A stretch of 33,324 bases of DNA from Octopus sinensis. Its lineage: Eukaryota. Position numbers and translations under genes: made by a program. Of this stretch, positions 1 to 10,774 are shown piece by piece. The notes under the pieces were generated by a model. That model was not told where the DNA came from and did not search any database. It saw only the letters and a list, made by a program, of their open reading frames with translations. How positions within the stretch are numbered: position 1 is the stretch's first letter; each line of letters begins with the position of its first letter. The DNA lies in the NCBI RefSeq assembly GCF_006345805.1, contig NW_021832046.1, positions 1 through 33,324 of the forward strand. The letters run 5' to 3'.

Positions 1-164
1 TGCTTGTAATACGATATTTCTGATATCATGCGAGTTGCACTTTTGTAACGCCATTCCAATTGTGTGGCTGGTTCTCGAATTTCACCAGACAATCAGAACT
101 TATCCTCTTAGATTTGGGCACGGTGTTTGAATTTGCAATCCTCGTGGGCAAAAATCTGAAACAG
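1..164 (+). other. possible exon end with 5' splice donor
   Basis: Non-repetitive sequence ending in CAG|GTAAGA at 162-170. Frame 3 is open from 24 to 164, but no protein is recognised and the 5' end lies outside the window. Confidence 0.2.
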
Positions 165-216
165 GTAAGAATTTACTCCCTTGAGAGCGAAGGCGGGAGA
201 GGTATGCAGTAATATA

Positions 217-338
217 TTGGGTTGTCTGGAAAGTTCGTGCCGATTTATAGTAGCTTACCTTTCGACTTATTTTAGAACATGGTTGAGTCCATAAAATAGG
301 ATTTGACTACACCGCCATTTAGAGCACAGTTTAAGCTA
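217..338 (+). mobile_element. mariner 5' end fragment (TIR plus ~90 bp of 5' UTR)
   Basis: TA(215-216) followed by TTGGGTTGTCTGGAAAGTTCGTGCCGATTT. Matches the 5' ends of the copies at 10961 and 32973 and stops at a TA (337-338). Confidence 0.85.
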
Positions 339-888
339 TAAGGTTGTCTGGAAAGTTCGTGCCGATTTTTAAAGGAAAGAAAAAGGTCAATAAATACTTG
401 CCATTACATTTTTAATTAACCAAATATAAACCATTTTATTGCACAATGCGTCTCCATCTTTCCTTTAACTTGAAAATACCCTCTTCCCAGAATTGAGGTG
501 GTTTCATAGCAAAGAATCCATCAAGGTATGTTTTTTACGTCATCCAAGGAATTGAAATTTTTACCTTTAAGACTATTCTGCAGAGATCTGAATAAGAGCA
601 ATATCTGGTGAATATGGAGGGTGGGTTAACACATCCCAACCGAGCTGCAGCAATTTTTGTCTGGTTCCCAAAGCATCTAGTGCCGAAAATGAACTTTCTT
701 ATCTTCCATTTTAAAGGGTTACAGAATTAACACAGGTTATAGGAACATAAACCTTCTTCGACGAAAAGATAGCTTAAACTGTGCTCTAAATGGAGTTGTA
801 GTCAGATCCTATTTTATAGTCAACCATGTTCTAAAATAAGTCGAAAGTTAAGCTACTACAAATCGGCACGAACTTCCGGCCAACCCAA
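339..888 (-). mobile_element. internally deleted non-autonomous mariner
   Basis: TIRs at both ends. The minus strand reads MEDKKVHFRH*ML joined to LGTRQKLLQLGWDVLTHPPYSPDIA...LFRSLQNSL...FWEEGIFKLKERW. The YSPDIA motif and C-terminus are typical of mariner DD34D transposases. Confidence 0.9.
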
Positions 889-889
889 T

Positions 890-977
890 CGCACGGATGC
901 CAGTCATCGAATTTGATTTCGATTTTGATTTCACTTGCCTCAACATGTCTTCACAAGCAGAGTTTAGTGTCGAATGA
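890..977 (-). mobile_element. RTE 3' UTR fragment
   Basis: GATTTTGATTTCACTTGCCTCAACATGTCTTCACAAG matches 20410-20445 in the 3' UTR of the large RTE. Confidence 0.55.
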
Positions 978-992
978 ATAATGATGATGATG

Positions 993-1050
<58 letters not shown>
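978..1050. repeat. (AAT)n/(GAT)n microsatellite
   Basis: Directly visible. Similar tracts occur at 1580-1719, 2318-2455, 4392-4480, 5020-5128 and 8943-9136. Confidence 0.95.
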
Positions 1051-1052
<2 letters not shown>

Positions 1053-1579
1053 GCTCTCATGGCTTCTGATCTTAACTGATTGGAAGTGTCATCATGTACA
1101 TTGTTTTGTCTTGGTATAAAAGATGGGCTACAGCAAATATTCTGCTCAATACCACAGATTTGCTTGTCAGTTGTTTGACCTTAACCAGTTGAGCATGTCC
1201 CTTAGTGGCTGACGATATGTGCATCTCTGATCACGAGCAGAAGTAGTGGGGGAGCATCAGAGCCATGTGTTGAGAGGAATTCTTTGGGGTTTGAATAATT
1301 CACATCTGGAAACATGGGTGGTTCTTTCAACATCCTTAAACAACCCTTATTCAGGGATCTTTTGAGCGGGATGGGCTATTCGACCTGAAGAAAATTCTAA
1401 CTGGGCCCCACCTGCAAGGTCATGCGCTGTTATATTGATATGAGATCACCATGTCGCGCACATATGGTTGTGATGCATGTTCCAGGTGTACCTTATCAGA
1501 CGGGTAGTCATGATGGGTATATTGGGCTTCGTATATTTTACCCCATGTCACTTTGATGGCATGCACTGCTCTCTCACTC
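1051..1579 (+). mobile_element. unclassified ~535-bp interspersed repeat, copy 1, embedded in (AAT)n
   Basis: Colinear and highly similar to 4481-5019. Both end CTCTCACTC|AATAAT. No coding signal; the strand is assigned only by analogy with the neighbouring LINE tail. Confidence 0.8.
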
Positions 1580-1595
1580 AATAATAATGATAATA

Positions 1596-1628
<33 letters not shown>

Positions 1629-1719
1629 AATAATAATAATAATAATATAATAATATAATAATAATAATGATAATGATGAAGATGATGATGATGATGATGA
1701 TGATGTTGATGATGATGAT

Positions 1720-2317
1720 GAACACAAACCACCTCCAGTGCTTGAAAATGACCACATCTCACTCCTCTGGAACTTCACCATTAAAACTGACAGAAAGATA
1801 GATGCAAATAGGCCAGACATCATATTGAAAGACTTCAGACAAAGAACATGCCTCCTCATTGATATGACTGTCCCAATCGATATAAACGTATCTGTCAAGA
1901 CCTACCAGAAACTGAGCAAATATAAAGATCTGGAAATAGAAGTCAGCAAAATGTCGAACCTGAAGACTAAAACAATACCTGTTGTCATAGGTGCCCTCTG
2001 AATGATAGCAAAAGGAGCTGATTGCTACCTCACTCAGATTCCAGAAAATCTCCCAAATGGCAGAAATTCAAAAGATAGTGCTCATGGGAACTGCTCGTAT
2101 CCTACGCAAAATACTTTCTATGTAATCTCAAGTTTTAAAACAAACATACTTTTCTTGTGGTTTCTTAAACATTCACTAGTACAACACTTAGTACAAAACC
2201 AAATATATGACACCCTCGGCATAACACCAACATGAACTTCCAACCTGTTGTCTCTTGAGGTCTCTGGGTGAGACTTGGAGGCAACTTGTACAAATGTAAA
2301 GCAAAAGTCAAACATAC
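1720..2317 (+). mobile_element. 5'-truncated non-LTR retrotransposon with restriction-like endonuclease (R4/Dong-like), 3' end
   Basis: EHKPPPVLEND...NRPDIILKD...LIDMTVP...KLSKYKDLEIE...PVVIGAL is the PD-(D/E)xK RLE C-terminus. It is followed by a short UTR and (AAT)n, and carries a frameshift near 2000. Confidence 0.8.
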
Positions 2318-2408
2318 AATAATAATAATAATAATAAGAATAATAATAATAATAATAATGATGATGAGGATGAGGATGATGATGATGATGATGATGATGA
2401 TAATAATG

Positions 2409-2441
<33 letters not shown>

Positions 2442-2455
2442 TAATAATAATAATA

Positions 2456-4260
2456 AAAAGGCCACATTTTAAGTTTAACAATAAAATATATGCCCAGGAC
2501 AAGGGAGCAGCCATCGGCGTTAGTATCGCCGGTGACATGGCCAAACTTTTCATGGTGTGGTGAGACAGAAGGCTTAAGGAACGCCTAACACAGAACTCCA
2601 TACTCGTGAACATGTACTCTCGCTATGTTGATGATATCAACATAGTGGTAAAGGCACCCCCACAAGAGAGTACTCTTGAAATAGAAATAGAAACTAATAC
2701 TATGGAGAGCATCCAGCAAATAGCTAACTCCATCCACCAGAGTATTAAGGTCACAATAGACAACCCCACTAAACACCCTAACCATAGACTACCAGTACTA
2801 AACACAGAACTCTGGCTAGAAACTGAAAATAATAAAACCCGAATCCTTCATTCGTACTATGCCAAACCTATGGCCTCCAAATACTTGATCCACCGGAACT
2901 CAGCTATTGCGGACAATGCCAAATTCAGTATTTTGATGGCAGACCTCGTCAAAATAATGCGAAATGTGTCCCGCATGTGCGAGCCTACAGAGTTAAAGAG
3001 ACACATACAACATTTCGTTCACCGCATGCAGTTCTCAGGTTACAGACATAAAGAAAGGATCAGAGTATACAAAGGAACCATGAAGAAATTTGATACTGTC
3101 TTATGTAATGAGAGGAATGGGATTTGCCCACTCTATAGGAGCAAGTCATGGAACACTATTGAAAGGACAAAGAAGAAAATAGGGAAGGCCAACTCTTGGT
3201 ATGATAGCCACAAATACCAGAGTGTCATGTTCGCCGACACCACCCCTAGAGGTGGACTGGCGTACCACTTTAGAAGGGCCCTAGACAAACTTAAGCTAAG
3301 GATTAAGGTTGTAGAAAGGCCAGAAAACCCTATCAAAACCATAATCGGTAGAACCTACCCTTTTAGTAGAACTCCCTGTACGGATAGGTACTGTATTGTG
3401 TGTAGATTTAGCCCACAAACAAACTGTGAAGCCAGAAATGTAGTCTATAGTATAAGATGTATAGAGGGACGATGCAGTAACAAGACAACGACATACGTAG
3501 GGGAAACGGCACGAAGCATAGGAGAGCGGGTAAATGGACATTGGAGAGAACTTAAGGAAGGTCTTGTCCATACAAAGAACAGACGCAACAATCAGACAAA
3601 TTACGGAAGCTATACACATAATAGAAGATAAACCTAGCCTGAATAGGAAACTGGAATGGAACACTAGCACATACCACAGCATATGACAGAAGAGGATCCC
3701 CATAAACTGGTTACAATATAAACAAAACTGAAAACATAATAAAATAAAATACACAGATAAATAAACAAATGGAAGTAAATAACTATATACTTTTTTTAAT
3801 TAAAATTTTTTTTAATTTTAAATTTTTTTAAATTTTAAATTTATTTTTATTATTACTAGTATTGTTGTTATACATACATACATACATGCATACAAGCATA
3901 CGTAATAATAATGATAATGATAATAATAATGATAATAATAATAAGTGGGTGTAAACACATGAGCAAAATAAGAATAAACAAAAACCAAAACAAATAGCAC
4001 GAACGTATATAAACAGAAGATACAAATATTACAGGCATTCCCCCCACACACTAACTAAACATAGGCGCACATAGAGATATACGCATGCGCAAATGAAGAC
4101 ACAGACAACAGAAATACAAAATGACGCTTAGTAAGAAGAGACACACAAATAAGAAAGAAGAAAGCAAAGGAGCACTGATGAGGTCACAGAAGTGTGACGA
4201 AAGAACTCTGATAGAAATAAGATTAAGATTAATGTAAAAAATAAATAACACTGAAGCAAA
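2456..4260 (+). mobile_element. 5'-truncated Penelope-like element (RT + GIY-YIG), probably Neptune-type
   Basis: FKFNNKIYAQDKGAAIG...YSRYVDD, LPVLNTEL, Cys linker PCTDRYCIVC, GIY-YIG VVYSIRC...YVGETAR, and RQITEAIHI...PSLNRK after a frameshift. Nonsense codon near 2550; hammerhead-like motif in the 3' part. Confidence 0.9.
4169..4213 (+). ncRNA. minimal type I hammerhead-like motif (degenerate)
   Basis: CTGATGA(4175-4181) G GTCACA-GAAG-TGTGAC GAAA GAACTC TG. Core and 6-bp stem II are intact, but stem I is only 2 bp in this copy. Confidence 0.65.
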
Positions 4261-4480
4261 GTAACACCAAATATATAGTGCGTGTGTTTTTATTGGCTAA
4301 ACTGGCAAAATGATCATTCCTAAATACAACAATATCTGTTTCAACACACGATTTCGCATAAAAAATCTTGCACAGCAAATATATAAACGTAATAATAGAA
4401 ATAACAACAACAACAACAACAACAACAGCAACAACAAAAACAACAACAACAACAACTATAATAATAATAATAATAATGAT

Positions 4481-5019
4481 AAGGCAGTGGCTCTCATGGC
4501 TTCTGATCTTAACTGATTGGAAGTGTCATCATGTACATTGTTTTGTCTTAGTATAAAAGATGGGCTACAGCAAATATTCTGCTCAATACCACAGATTTGC
4601 TTGTGAGTTGTTTGACCATAACCAGTTGAGCATGTCCCTTAATGGCTGACAATATGTGCATCTCTGATCACGAGCAGAAGTAATGGGGGAGCATCATAGC
4701 CATGTGTTGAGAGGCAGTCTTTGGGGTTTGAATAATTCACCTCTGGAAACATGGGTGGTTTTTTCAACATCCTTAAACAACCTTTATTCAGGGATCTTTT
4801 GAGCGGGATGGGTTACTCGACCAGAAGAAAATTCCAACTGGGCCCCACCTGCAAGGTCATGCGCTGTTTATATTGATGTGAGATCACCATGTCGTGCACA
4901 TATGGTTGTGATGCATGTGCCAAGCGTACCCTTCTCAGACGGGTAGTCATGATGGGTATATTGGGCTTTGTATATTTTACCCCAGTGTCACTTTGATGGC
5001 ATGCGCTGCTCTCTCACTC
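4481..5019 (+). mobile_element. unclassified ~535-bp interspersed repeat, copy 2, embedded in (AAT)n
   Basis: Colinear with 1051-1579 and starts 8 nt earlier (AAGGCAGT GGCTCTCATGG). Confidence 0.8.
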
Positions 5020-5040
5020 AATAATAATAATGATAATAAT

Positions 5041-5110
<70 letters not shown>

Positions 5111-5464
5111 GTAATAATAATAATAATATCTGAACGAAAAGTTGAATGATAGATAATAGTATTTGTAATCAGACAGAGGATGAGGCTGGCGGGAGGCTGC
5201 GAAAACGCATCAATCAGTCAGTTCTGCTGAAATCCGGTTTAGAGTGATCAATACTCTATTATTAAATCCGTTCGATATTATTATCAGTTTTATCAGCCTG
5301 CTTTCATTCACCTTGGCTCATTGTAATCAGATAATTTTAGCAACGCAGAAGAAAGATAAAAAAAGATGGTGGACATGATAATGATGTCAGCAGTGTTTAT
5401 TTTTTTTCTCTCTCTTCCGCCATTACATCGACAAATAATGATTATTTGAACTATTATTATCCAA

Positions 5465-6250
5465 TACGGTACGTCGCCAATCTCAACGGTTGCTGGCAAC
5501 TGCTTCCCAGTTGGCAATATTGATGTTGCAGGCCTTCATTTCCCATTTGCAAATATCTTTGTGTCGTAAGAACGGTCTTCCCACAGACCTAGTGCCCCTA
5601 GCAAGCTCTCCGTTGAGTATGTCCTTGGGGATTCTGCCATCTTCCATACGGCTAACATGTCCAAGCCATCTCATACGTCTTTGTGTGAAGAGTGCAAACA
5701 TGCTTGGTATTCCTGCTTACTCGAGGACATCGTTGTTGGGGACATGATTCTGCCATTTGAATCGAAGGATTTTCCGGAGGCAGCGCAGGTGAAAGATATT
5801 TAGGCGACGCTCTTGGCGTGTGTATGGCGTCCAAGTCTCACTTCCATGCTAAGTACACATGCCTGGTAAATCTTCATTTTTGTGGTCTTGGTCAGCTTAT
5901 TGTCCATGCCCGTTTGGAGAGTTGGCCCATCAGAGCAGCTGCCTTGCCAATGCGTATATTGAGCTCAGTATCAAGGGATAGGTTGTAGGTGACGGTAGAG
6001 CCAAGATAGGTAAACTTCTCCACATCCTGTAGTCTGTGGTCTCCAATATGTATGTTTCCGTAAAAGAGGGAACACATAGGAGTGACAGAGAGAGAGAAAG
6101 AGGAGAAATGGAAAGACAAGAAAAGACGTCAACAAGAAACTATGACATTACAACCAGCCAGGCAAAGTCTTAGCTACATTTGCGGCACCTGCCAGAGGGA
6201 GTGTTTGTCCAGAATAGGACTACACAGCCACTGCAGGAGATGTATTAGGA
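5465..6250. mobile_element. 5'-truncated RTE (BovB-like) LINE with inverted 5' segment
   Basis: 5465-6057 minus: KFTYLGST...RIGKAA...RRMRWLGHVSRMEDGRIPKDIL...NWEAVASNR. 6058-6250 plus: VKEGTHRS...YICGTCQRECLSRIGLHSHCRRC (C-terminal zinc finger). Confidence 0.85.
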
Positions 6251-6351
6251 CATGCATATATGTATATATATTTATATATATACTAGCTGAAGGTGACCCG
6301 CTCTACGCGCGGGTAAGAGTGTGGTTGTTACTTTCTGTTGCTTCCTTTCAG

Positions 6352-6662
6352 CACGTAAAAAAGCACCATCCGAACGTGGCGGATTGCAGCGCCGCCTTGA
6401 CTGGCTTCTGTGCTGGTGGCACGTAAAAGGCACCAACCGATCGTGGCCGCTGCCAGCCCCCCTGGCACCTGGCAGGCGGCACGAAAAAAGCACCCACTAC
6501 GCTCACAGAGTGGTTGGCGTTAGGAAGGGCATCACCTGTCGAAACACTGCCAGATCAGACTGGAGCCTGGTGCAGCTCCTGGCTTCCCAGACCCCTGTCA
6601 AACTGTCCAACCCGTGCTAGCACGGAAAACGGACGTTAAACGATGATGATGATGATGATGAT
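6352..6662 (+). mobile_element. RTE 3' UTR-derived short element with (GAT)n tail
   Basis: GAGTGGTTGGCGTTAGGAAGGGCATC...GGACGTTAAACGATGATGAT matches the reverse complement of 19764-19930. Confidence 0.85.
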
Positions 6663-7334
6663 TCTCCCTCTTTGTTTCTTTCTCCTTTCTCTCTCACTTT
6701 CCCACTCTCTTACTCTTCTTTCTCTCGGACTCTCCCTCGCTTTCTCTTACTCTCTATCTTTATGTATCTCTCTCCATTTATAAACAACAAAAGATCTTGA
6801 GTAAGTTGAGAAATAAAATATTTAGAAAGATCAATCATAAATATCAGGCAGTTACAAAGGAAAGGTCTGCTTCAAGACAGACAGCAAAACACTAACATTT
6901 AAAAGGGACAGACGAACTTGCGAGCTGAATAAAAATATAAAATATTGGAAACCAAAGTTTGAAGGGATAAGAATTTGAGGATAGTAGAGTCACCATGGCT
7001 GGCATTTCTTAACGACGGACAGCAACGTATTGACAGTTCAACGGCTGGCGTAAAATTTTGAAAATCCCTAAAAACCAAGTTTTGACTTGATTCTTTCTCA
7101 CGACAGTAGACTCACGATGGCAAGCATCAAAACTTCTTCATCATGGACGGCAACACATTGACGATTAAAAGGCTGGAGCAAATTTTTTAGCTTGATGTAA
7201 CAGAGAATTGCTAAACACCCGCTCCTTTAAATTTTAATCCCCTTCCAGCCCCATTATACCCCTTTTCACCTTTTGGTTAATATACCCGATTTCATTTGGG
7301 TCTACTGGGGCCACATTTTATAAGATGAGGACTC

Positions 7335-7444
7335 AACCAAGTTTCCCAAGTTTTGGTCATAGACCATAGAACACTCAACCAAGTTTCCCGAGTTCTGGTC
7401 ATAGACCATAGAACACTAAACCAAGTTTCCCGAGTTCTGGTCAT
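7335..7444 (+). repeat. 42-bp tandem repeat, 2.6 copies
   Basis: AACCAAGTTTCCCRAGTTYTGGTCATAGACCATAGAACACTM starts at 7335, 7377 and 7419. Confidence 0.9.
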
Positions 7445-8210
7445 TTGCAGAACAAATAGAGACGGTGGAGGTGGCAGACGTCGTTGCAATGTAAACATGA
7501 TTTGTTATAGAGAAAGATTGTCCAGATGGTGTGTTGGTGGTTGTGTGGTGGCGATGATAATTATCATAAGGAAAAGAGTGAGTGAGTGAGGAAGACATAC
7601 ATAAGTTGTGGCGATGATAATTGTAGACCCCTTTTCACATTTTGATGAAGAGAACCCGATTTCATTCGGGTGTACTGGGGCACATATAGGTGTATGTGTG
7701 TGTGGTGTGTGTGTGTGTGTGTGGTGTGTGTGCACGCTGTAGAAATTAAATTAGAGATAAAACCACTAATAGGGAAATGAAACAGTAAAAAACCAAAAAC
7801 AAAAAGACAATAGAATGCGAGGCGCTGGGGATGGCGATGTAATATTGTTACTGTCCATGAACGCTGATAGATACATGAGTAAAATGTATAGGAGGTAAGA
7901 GATAAGAGTGAGTGAAAATGTTCTTGAAGAGAGTAAATAGCGACAGAGTGATTTGAGGAAGACTTTACATTAAATAACGGTAGTTGCATTGTCAAATGAA
8001 GTGGAGTGACAGAGTACTGGAGGAAAATGTGGTGAGGTAGGAAGATGGCCCCTAGCAACCACACCTTTTAAGATAGGGATTTGAGATAGCCCACGCGCAT
8101 CGTCACCTCATTCTACATGTCCCTGTAAATTTTGGAGCGAATCGGACGGGATGTAGTGGCATTGAAAGCGAACCAAGCGGTAAAAACGCATTTCAGTTTA
8201 ATATATATAT

Positions 8211-8262
<52 letters not shown>

Positions 8263-8295
8263 TATATATATAATATATATATATACATATATATA

Positions 8296-8640
8296 TAAAT
8301 GGAGTTTACGCAGGTGTAATTCAAATTCTTTTACTGCCGACACAGTTTCGAAGATATCACTGGTATTATTTCAAAGGAATAAAATGGTGTAAAACAATGT
8401 AATCTTCTCTTCAGGGAGTGAAGAAATGAAGTTCGTCAATAAGACATTTTAAGAGAAAATTATGGATATGTATACTGATTAACTGAACGCTATTAATATT
8501 ACTTGAAAAAACGTTATATGATATAACGTCAGGGGTAGCCTCTAGAAAGAGGAGGGATGAATTAAAGAAAAATGAAATAAATGGGAAGTATATAACTATA
8601 TGTAAATTAAATAAAACCATATAGACTTGGAATAATATAT
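8296..8640 (-). mobile_element. Penelope-type terminal repeat (pLTR-like), family X
   Basis: Homologous to 15745-16470 and 16495-16655, and more distantly to the 3' end of the Penelope at 29736-29855. Carries a hammerhead motif. Confidence 0.75.
8333..8419 (-). ncRNA. type I hammerhead-like ribozyme, family X
   Basis: Minus strand: ACUCC CUGAAGA GAAGAU [~45 nt] AUCUUC GAAA C UGU G UC GGCAGU. Canonical core, G-C closed stem II and GUC triplet. Confidence 0.75.
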
Positions 8641-8956
8641 ATTTAGTGAATTTGAAATATAAAAAGAAAATTAATGTTTAAATTTTATATATGATAGAGA
8701 TCACTTATATGAACTAAAGGTGTGTTTCTGCCAACGTTTACATCGGTATGCACGTGTTTACTAGGGGATTTTTAGAAAAAAATAATGAAAAATACTTCAG
8801 AATTACAGAGAAGACAGAATTCCTTGCCTTTGTCATAAGGTATCGAGATTGAGAGAATCAATCATTCTAAGTTAAATTATTTATTGTCGTCTTTTAGATC
8901 CCAAATTAATTTACTAAGCCCTGTACTGCTACGTTTATTCCTATAACAACAACAAC

Positions 8957-9011
<55 letters not shown>

Positions 9012-9041
9012 TTTATAATAATAATATTATTACTACTACTG

Positions 9042-9086
<45 letters not shown>

Positions 9087-9139
9087 GTAATAGTAACAAC
9101 AACAACAACAGCAATAATAATAATAATAATAATAATATC

Positions 9140-9300
9140 GAAAAAGACCATAGGAACGAGAACTCAGGTTCGAAATTTCCCCAAGATACCTGATGAAGGC
9201 TGGAGGATATATCAGCCGAAACGTTGTGTTAACAACAAAGAAGATGAGGACAAATATCCGTCAATTGTAATTAATGTAAATCATGTAAATAACCTTTTCA
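9140..9300 (+). mobile_element. solo Penelope-type terminal fragment containing a minimal hammerhead-like motif (9185-9230)
   Basis: GATAC CTGATGA A GGCTG-gaggatatat-CAGCC GAA ACGT T GTGTT. Palindromic AACGTT at stem III; stem I GAUAC/GUGUU includes wobbles. Confidence 0.65.
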
Positions 9301-9557
9301 CTAACCAAGGTACCCTCAGCCACGTATATGGAAAAGTTTTCGACATTGTCGTATAGAAAAGAACAATGCTTGGGAATTAGTGACGCTAAGTGGTTTATTG
9401 TTCATTGCTATTGTTTGTATGTCTGTGCGTCACTCATGAGAACACGGCATAAGTCCAATTCATTTAATATGCATCTGTTTAATAAGCAGAGGGTATTTCT
9501 CAATTATACACACTCTGTTCGTGTATGTGTGTGTATATATGTACCTGTATGCATATA

Positions 9558-9948
9558 TCTTTATATATAAGAGGTTGTGTGCTGTCTGTCTCTTACGATT
9601 TAGATTCCTAACTACTCCCACATTTTGCGGTGCGGTTTAACCAAAACCGGGTATCTTATAGTCGTGATTCATATCGAGCCCTTCTGGGTATTAGCGCGCG
9701 TCTACGATGAGTATACGATTTAAAAAAAAAATTACCATAAATTTTTCCCATTTTTAATGCATTTTTGGCATATATAAGGGAAGTAACTCTCTAAAAAATT
9801 ATTATTAAATCTCAGAACGTAAAAAGCTACAGTAACACCCCCCTTTGTGGTTAGCCATATTAAGATGGCTATTATACTTTACATCTCTAAAAATGCTTAT
9901 ATAGTTATTTCCCTTACAAACCCGAGCAACGCCGGGCAATACTGCTAG
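9558..9948 (+). mobile_element. non-autonomous Helitron (391 bp)
   Basis: A|TCTTTATATATAAG 5' end; 3' hairpin CCCGAGC-AAC-GCCGGG followed by CTAG|T; inserted at an AT site without TSD. Confidence 0.85.
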
Positions 9949-9972
9949 TATATATATATGTATATATATATA

Positions 9973-10205
9973 TATTTCTTTACTGCCCCCAAGGGGCTAA
10001 ACATAGAGGGGATAAATAAGGACAGACAAACGGATTAAGTCGATTATATCGACCCCAGGGCGTAACTGGTACTTAATTTATCGACCCCGAAAGGATGAAA
10101 GGCAAAGTCGACCTCGGCGGAATTTGAACTCAGAACGTAACGACAGACGAAATACCGCTAAGTATTTCGCCCGGCGCTCTAACGTTTCTGCCAGCTCGCC
10201 GCCTT
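9973..10205 (-). mobile_element. tRNA-derived SINE with Nin-like central domain
   Basis: Minus strand has a tRNA-like head (AGCTGGCAGAA...GAGTTCAAATTCC) followed by TTGCCTTTCATCCTTTCGGGGTCGATAAATTAAGTACCAG, which I recognise as resembling the Nin domain. Confidence 0.7.
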
Positions 10206-10357
10206 ATATATGTATATATATAATGTGTATATATAATGTATATACGTATATATATGTATATATGTATATATAATGTATGTGTATATATATGTGTGTATAT
10301 ATATGTGTATATATATCTATGTATATATATATATATATATATATATCTATGTATATA

Positions 10358-10404
<47 letters not shown>

Positions 10405-10519
10405 ATATACATGTGTGTATATATACATATGTATACACATGTATATATATATACATACATATACACTTGTAAGTATATACATATATATACATATATACAC
10501 ATATATATGACAATGTATG

Positions 10520-10586
<67 letters not shown>

Positions 10587-10624
10587 ATATACACATATAT
10601 AATGTATGTATGCATACATGTATA
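10206..10624. repeat. long (TA)n/(TG)n compound microsatellite
   Basis: Directly visible; explains the YIYIY ORFs. Similar tracts occur at 8205-8295, 15235-15440, 16660-17100, 25525-25650, 25835-25945 and 31825-31935. Confidence 0.95.
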
Positions 10625-10774
10625 TATAAGTTATCAAAGAACGAGACATTAGCAATAGATACTTACCTCACAATCAATATACACGTATGCGATCCTCACA
10701 AACGAAGCAGCAAAAAAAATGTTAAGATTTGTGAAATTGGCGTTTAGCTTTTAAGATACCCTCAATATTTACTC

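Larger units (their letters stand above)
6283..7757 (-). mobile_element. non-autonomous Helitron-like element (interrupted)
   Basis: Minus-strand 3' end has the hairpin ACCCGC-GCGTAGA-GCGGGT ~10 nt before CTAG|T. Candidate 5' end is A|TCTCTAAT at 7757 (less certain). Internal (CT)-rich, tandem and (TG)n tracts are present. Confidence 0.55.

Noticed and set aside
1051-5019. Direct repeats bracketing RT fragments as if they were LTRs
   Set aside because: No TG...CA ends, PBS, PPT, gag or integrase. The interior is two unrelated non-LTR fragments and microsatellites.
5170-5340. Cluster of TAATC/ATCAATCA homeodomain-like sites as a possible enhancer
   Set aside because: Short motifs are expected by chance in AT-rich DNA, and conservation data are needed.
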